From: Thermoplasmata archaeon
Lineage (GTDB): Archaea; Thermoplasmatota; Thermoplasmata; Lutacidiplasmatales; UBA184
DNA length: 64,000 nt
Assembly (NCBI GenBank): GCA_021817245.1
Contig: JAKAVQ010000010.1
Location: 2,722-66,721, forward strand
Direction of reading: 5' to 3'
Shown: piece by piece, positions 60,146 through 64,000 of the stretch
Layout of the letters: the number at the start of each line of letters is the position of its first letter
Numbering within the stretch: the first letter of the stretch is position 1
Made by a program: the position numbers and the translations under genes
The notes under the pieces: generated by a model
Told to the model about the DNA's origin: nothing
Seen by the model: only the letters and a program-made list of their open reading frames with translations
Database searches by the model: none

Positions 60146-61210
60146 ATGGTCGGGGTCGGGCATCCGGCCACTCTCTACGAACCGCTCGGGGGCGGTAAGG
60201 TCCGGTGCACTGCGTGTGCCCGGTACTGCACGATCCCGAGCGGCTCGCACGGGTTCTGCTTCGTCCGCAAGAACGTGAACGGGCGGCTCGTCCTCCTGAG
60301 CTACGGGAGGGCCTCCGCGGTCCAGGTCGACCCGATCGAGAAGAAGCCGCTAGCGCACTTCCGCCCGGGCGCCCGGGTCTACTCGATCGGCACCGTCGGC
60401 TGCAACTGGCGCTGCCAGTACTGCCAGAACGCCGAGATCTCCCAGGAGCGGGAGGTGGTCGGCCGGCCGCTCTCTCCTTCGGCCGCGGTCCGGGGCGCAC
60501 TCGGGTACGGATGCGAGGGCGTCACGTTCACGTACAACGAGCCGACGATCTTCGCCGAGTACGCGCTCGACGTGATGCGCGAAGCGTGCGCGGCCGGACT
60601 GTTCTCGACCTTCGTGACGAACGGCTACATGACGCCCGAGGCGGTCGAGGCGCTCGGGCCTCACCTGGACGCGGTGAGCGTCGACTTCAAGGGGAGCGGG
60701 GAAGCCGGGTTCCTGCGCAAGTACATCGCCGCGAAAGGCCCCGAGCCGATCTTCGATTCTGCCGTCGGGCTGAAGAGACGGGGGGTCCACGTGGAGGTCA
60801 CCGACCTGATCGTCCCCGATGTCGGGGACTCGGTCGCGGCGACGCGAACGCTCGCGCGCTTCGTCGTCGACGAGCTCGGCGCGTCCACGCCGTTCCATCT
60901 CCTCAGGTTCCACCCCGACTACAAGATGATGGGGTTTCCGTCGACACCGGTCGCGACCCTCGAGAGACTGCACGCGGTGGCGGCGGGAGAGGGGCTCGAG
61001 TACGTCTACCTCGGGAACGTCTGGGGGCACCCGCTCGAGCACACGTACTGCCCGAAGTGCGGCGACATCGCGGTCGAGCGCTACGGCTTCACGATCCGTT
61101 CGTGGAACCTCGACGCGGAGAACCGCTGCCGCCTCTGCGGTCACCGCCTACCGTTCGTCGGGCGCTTGTCCGAGCGGTACGAGCCGACGTTCGCGACCCC
61201 TGTGGCCTAG
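60146..61210 (+). CDS. amrS: AmmeMemoRadiSam-type radical SAM enzyme (PFL-activase-like)
   Basis: CTACARYC..GFCFVR, DPIEKKPL, GCNWRCQYCQN, FTYNEP, RFHPDYK, YVYLGNV, TYCPKC. Confidence 0.9.
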   Translation: MVGVGHPATLYEPLGGGKVRCTACARYCTIPSGSHGFCFVRKNVNGRLVLLSYGRASAVQVDPIEKKPLAHFRPGARVYSIGTVGCNWRCQYCQNAEISQEREVVGRPLSPSAAVRGALGYGCEGVTFTYNEPTIFAEYALDVMREACAAGLFSTFVTNGYMTPEAVEALGPHLDAVSVDFKGSGEAGFLRKYIAAKGPEPIFDSAVGLKRRGVHVEVTDLIVPDVGDSVAATRTLARFVVDELGASTPFHLLRFHPDYKMMGFPSTPVATLERLHAVAAGEGLEYVYLGNVWGHPLEHTYCPKCGDIAVERYGFTIRSWNLDAENRCRLCGHRLPFVGRLSERYEPTFATPVA

Positions 61211-62018
61211 CCTCGTCGGTCCGGGTCCGGCGCGATGGGGGCCGGCGGACGACCGCCTCGACGACGAGGTGAAGCGGTATCTCCGCGATGAGCGGTCCCT
61301 GCGGGCTGTTCGCGACGAGCTCGGGAGCGGGCGTCGGCTCCTCGATCCTCGCGATCGCGAGCCCCGCGTCCCGCAGGATCCGAGAGTAGGTCGAGAGGGT
61401 CCGGTGGTAGCTGCGCGTGTACCCGACTTCGGACGGGGAGATCGGCCACGGTACGCGGACCGAGCGCTCGTCGCGATAGAGCCGGACCTTCCGCCAGATC
61501 TGGTCGCGAAAGACCCCGTCCCCCTGCCGCGACCGCTCCACGATCCAGGCGGACCGGTCGTCGAGGTCGAAGCACGGGTGGGCCACGGAGAAGACGAACC
61601 GTCCTACGGCGTCGAGGACCCGCGCCACCTCTCGAACCGCGCCCGCCGCGTCCTCGATATCGAGGAGCGCCATGTTCGCCACGACGAGGTCGAACGACCG
61701 GTCCGCGATCCCCGAGAGGCGGCTCGCGTCCCGTCGGAGGAATCGGGCGCCTGTCCGCGAGGCCGCTTCCCGTCGTCGGGCGTGAGCCAGCGACCGGGAC
61801 GAGAGGTCGACCCCCAGGGCGACCGCCGCGCCCTCGCGCGCCCAGCGTCGCGTCAGGTAGCCGTTCCCGCACGCGAGGTCGAGCACACGGAGCCCCCGCA
61901 CGGGCCCGACGACGTCGAGCAGGGTCGGGTCGATGAGCGCTCGATGCCAGAGGTCGCCGTCCTCCCCCATCCGCTCGTCGCGCCACCGCGCCATCGCGTC
62001 CCAACCTTCGCGCGTCAT
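61089..62018 (-). CDS. Class I SAM-dependent methyltransferase
   Basis: VLDLACGNGY, GVDLS, SFDLVVANMAL, GRFVFSVAHPCF, YHRTLSTY. The C-terminal tail overlaps the amrS 3' end. Confidence 0.88.
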   Translation of the reverse strand: MTREGWDAMARWRDERMGEDGDLWHRALIDPTLLDVVGPVRGLRVLDLACGNGYLTRRWAREGAAVALGVDLSSRSLAHARRREAASRTGARFLRRDASRLSGIADRSFDLVVANMALLDIEDAAGAVREVARVLDAVGRFVFSVAHPCFDLDDRSAWIVERSRQGDGVFRDQIWRKVRLYRDERSVRVPWPISPSEVGYTRSYHRTLSTYSRILRDAGLAIARIEEPTPAPELVANSPQGPLIAEIPLHLVVEAVVRRPPSRRTRTDEARPQGSRTSARTARTSARRTVGGDRRGGSGSPRRGSTNGS

Positions 62019-62138
62019 CGCTGCCGCCGAACGGGCGGGCCCCAAAGTCGTTTCGCCGCCCCGTTCGGCGAAACCGTTTGCCCTCCCTTCACCTTCATAG
62101 TCCCCGGCGGCTCGGTCCGACGGTCGTCCGGAGCGCAC

Positions 62139-62879
62139 GTGACCCAGCGTTCACTTTCAAAGCCCTCCCGTTCCCCGCGGCCGGTCCGAGCTCCGGCACC
62201 TCCCCTCATCGAGGTCGAGGTCGACCTCGACCGTTCGGACGACCGCCTCCGGACGCTGCTCGTCGGGCACGGCGTCCGCTCGCGCCTCACGGCGTGCCGC
62301 CCCCTCGGCTCGGGCCGCAAGGCGCGCCTCGTGCGCTGGGTCGACCTCGAGGCTCCTCCGGTCGACCTCGATCGATTGGTCGAGGCGCTCGAAGCCTCGG
62401 CCGACCCCCACTCGGTGTCGGTCTCCACCGACGGGAGCGACCGGGCCATGCTGCGGCTCGCGCAGGCCCTACCGGAGTTCTGCGCGGCGGTCTTCACATC
62501 GGGGGGCGCGTGCGTGACCTGCCCGATGCTCCACGGCGCGGACGGGGACGGCTCGACCCGGGCCCGGGTCCTCGTGCCCCGGAACGGCGAAGCGAGCCGG
62601 TTCGCCCGCGAGCTCGCCCGCCGCCGCCTCGGACCGGCCTCGATCCAGCGCACGGGGCCGTACCGGCCGCGGGCGAAGCTGACCGCCCGACAGGAGGCGG
62701 CGCTCCGCGCAGCGTTCGAGCTCGGGTTCTTCGCCTATCCCCGGCGCTCGGATCTCTCCGCGGTCGCCCGCCGGCTCGGCGTCGGCCGCTCGGCTACTCT
62801 CGAGCTCCTGCGCCGGGCAATATCCGAGCTCGCGGCCCGTCGGTACGACTCGCCGGATCCCACGCGGGACCGGCTTTAG
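62139..62879 (+). CDS. HTH_10 (bacterio-opsin activator-like) transcriptional regulator
   Basis: C-terminal LTARQEAALRAAFELGFFAYPRRSDLSAVARRLGVGRSATLELLRRA; N-terminal domain with CVTC. Confidence 0.85.
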   Translation: MTQRSLSKPSRSPRPVRAPAPPLIEVEVDLDRSDDRLRTLLVGHGVRSRLTACRPLGSGRKARLVRWVDLEAPPVDLDRLVEALEASADPHSVSVSTDGSDRAMLRLAQALPEFCAAVFTSGGACVTCPMLHGADGDGSTRARVLVPRNGEASRFARELARRRLGPASIQRTGPYRPRAKLTARQEAALRAAFELGFFAYPRRSDLSAVARRLGVGRSATLELLRRAISELAARRYDSPDPTRDRL

Positions 62880-63265
62880 GCGCCGAGGACGGACGCCCGC
62901 ATCGGAGCGGTCTCCGCCGGAGTCTCGGACGGGAGCCCGGGCGCGCGAGGGGCGGAGGCGCGGGATGGGGGAAGCGACAGGGTCGCCCGGGCGGCGCCGG
63001 ATTTCGCGCTCTCCATCAGCTCCCGGAAGAGACGGTCGACCAACTCGGGGGGCACGCCGGATTCGAGGGCCCACCGGCGCGCCCGGTCGACCACCCGGCG
63101 CTCCTGGGCCGTGTCGCTGACGTCGCCCCCCAAGCTCGTGCGGGTCCGGATGGCGCGTTGGGCGACCCTCAGGCGCGTCGCGACGAGCCGGATCAGGAGG
63201 TGGTCCAACCGGGCGATCTCCTCGCGCAGCTCGTCGAGGGACGGGGGGTACGCGGCCGAAGGCAT
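62876..63265 (-). CDS. Stand-alone AroQ chorismate mutase
   Basis: SLDELREEIARLDHLLIRLVATRLRVAQRAIRTR..VSDTAQERRVV..LFRELMESAK. Probable ATG at 63265; the track ORF is over-extended. Confidence 0.82.
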   Translation of the reverse strand: MPSAAYPPSLDELREEIARLDHLLIRLVATRLRVAQRAIRTRTSLGGDVSDTAQERRVVDRARRWALESGVPPELVDRLFRELMESAKSGAARATLSLPPSRASAPRAPGLPSETPAETAPMRASVLGA

Positions 63266-63303
63266 TGCGGAGAAAGGTAGGGTCCGGCACGGAAGTCTCC
63301 TCA

Positions 63304-63319
63304 CCCGCACCGGTGCGGG
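63304..63319. promoter_or_regulatory. Perfect 16-bp palindrome in the chorismate mutase/U32 divergent spacer
   Basis: CCCGCACCGGTGCGGG is self-complementary, and the flanking CTCCT/AGGAG extend the stem with a 2-nt bulge. Confidence 0.55.
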
Positions 63320-63355
63320 AGGAGGCTCTTGTTTGGCCTCCGTTGATAGCGGAAG

Positions 63356-64000
63356 ATGGAACTTGTCCTCGCCTCGAACTTCGACGACCGCCTCGTGCGG
63401 GACACCGCCGACCTCCCGATCGCTGCGTTCTTCGGCGGCTATCCGATCCAGCTGACCGGCGCGGGGCGACCTCCCCGGATCCTCCCCGCGATCGGTCCCG
63501 AGCGGTTCCGGGAGCACGTGGCGGCGATCCACCGTCACGGTCGCGACTTCTACGCCACGCTCAACAGCAACGACCTCGGACTGCACGAGTACCGACCCGG
63601 CTACATCGATGCGTTCCTCTCCGAGGTCGGCCACCTCCTCGACCTCGGCGTCGACGGACTCGTCATCGCGCTCCCGGCGCTTATCGAGGCCGTCCGCACG
63701 GCGTGGCCCGACGTGCCGATCTCCGTCTCGACGTTCGCGCGCATCCGGACGGTGACCCAGGCCGAGTACTTCCTCAAGCTCGGCGCTCGCACGATCATCC
63801 TCGAAGAGGCGAACCGGGACTTCAAGCTCATCCGCGGCCTCGTGCGCCTCGGGGCCGAGGTCGAGATCCTCGTGAACCAGACCTGCCTCCCCTCGTGTCC
63901 GTACCGCGGCCACCACCTGAACACGAGCTCGCTCGCGTCGCAGCCCGGCGCCGCCTGTCCGGCGTTCGAGTACCCGATCCTCGAGTGTGGGGTGGAGTAC
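63356..64000 (+). CDS. Peptidase U32-family Fe-S protein (prephenate-dependent hydroxylase-like), truncated by the window edge
   Basis: Not in the track. Manual translation: MELVLASNFDD..GAGRP..FYATLNS..DLGVDGLVIA..ISVSTFARI..LGARTIILEEANRDFKLI..VEILVNQTCLPSCPYRGHH..LEC. Confidence 0.85.
   Translation, partial: MELVLASNFDDRLVRDTADLPIAAFFGGYPIQLTGAGRPPRILPAIGPERFREHVAAIHRHGRDFYATLNSNDLGLHEYRPGYIDAFLSEVGHLLDLGVDGLVIALPALIEAVRTAWPDVPISVSTFARIRTVTQAEYFLKLGARTIILEEANRDFKLIRGLVRLGAEVEILVNQTCLPSCPYRGHHLNTSSLASQPGAACPAFEYPILECGVEY

Noticed and set aside
62876-63916. 346-aa ORF suggesting a fused chorismate mutase
   Set aside because: The N-terminal part is antisense to the U32 gene; only the last ~129 codons are CM-like.
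1-64000. tRNA, rRNA, CRISPR arrays, transposases and defence systems
   Set aside because: None recognised by eye; short or intron-containing RNAs could have been missed without covariance searches.

Overview
Densely coding, high-GC archaeal chromosome segment. TBP, aIF-1A, Orc1/Cdc6, class I CCA-adding enzyme, Bud32, RPA, the thiolase/DUF35 pair and thermopsin-type 'VTF.ETGLP.GT.W' modules point to a high-GC Thermoplasmata lineage; this assignment is an inference. Most of the window is housekeeping and metabolism: aconitase, pdxS, pyrF, tmk, lipA, a fatty-acid oxidation/ETF-FixC cluster and transporters. Features the ORF track misses or hides: (1) a lower-GC left end (1-~5900) with a head-to-head pair of paralogous secreted phosphoesterase/surface proteins, one of which (<1..1717, minus) is absent from the track; (2) a TPP riboswitch upstream of a thiBPQ-like operon; (3) a 57-aa small ORF; (4) at the right edge, a U32-family Fe-S protein (63356..>64000) divergent from a stand-alone chorismate mutase across a perfect palindrome, next to an HTH regulator and a SAM methyltransferase. 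This last group is a candidate self-contained prephenate-dependent, O2-independent hydroxylation module and is the best lead here. No rRNA, tRNA, CRISPR array or transposase was recognised. Start codons were refined by eye and some are uncertain.
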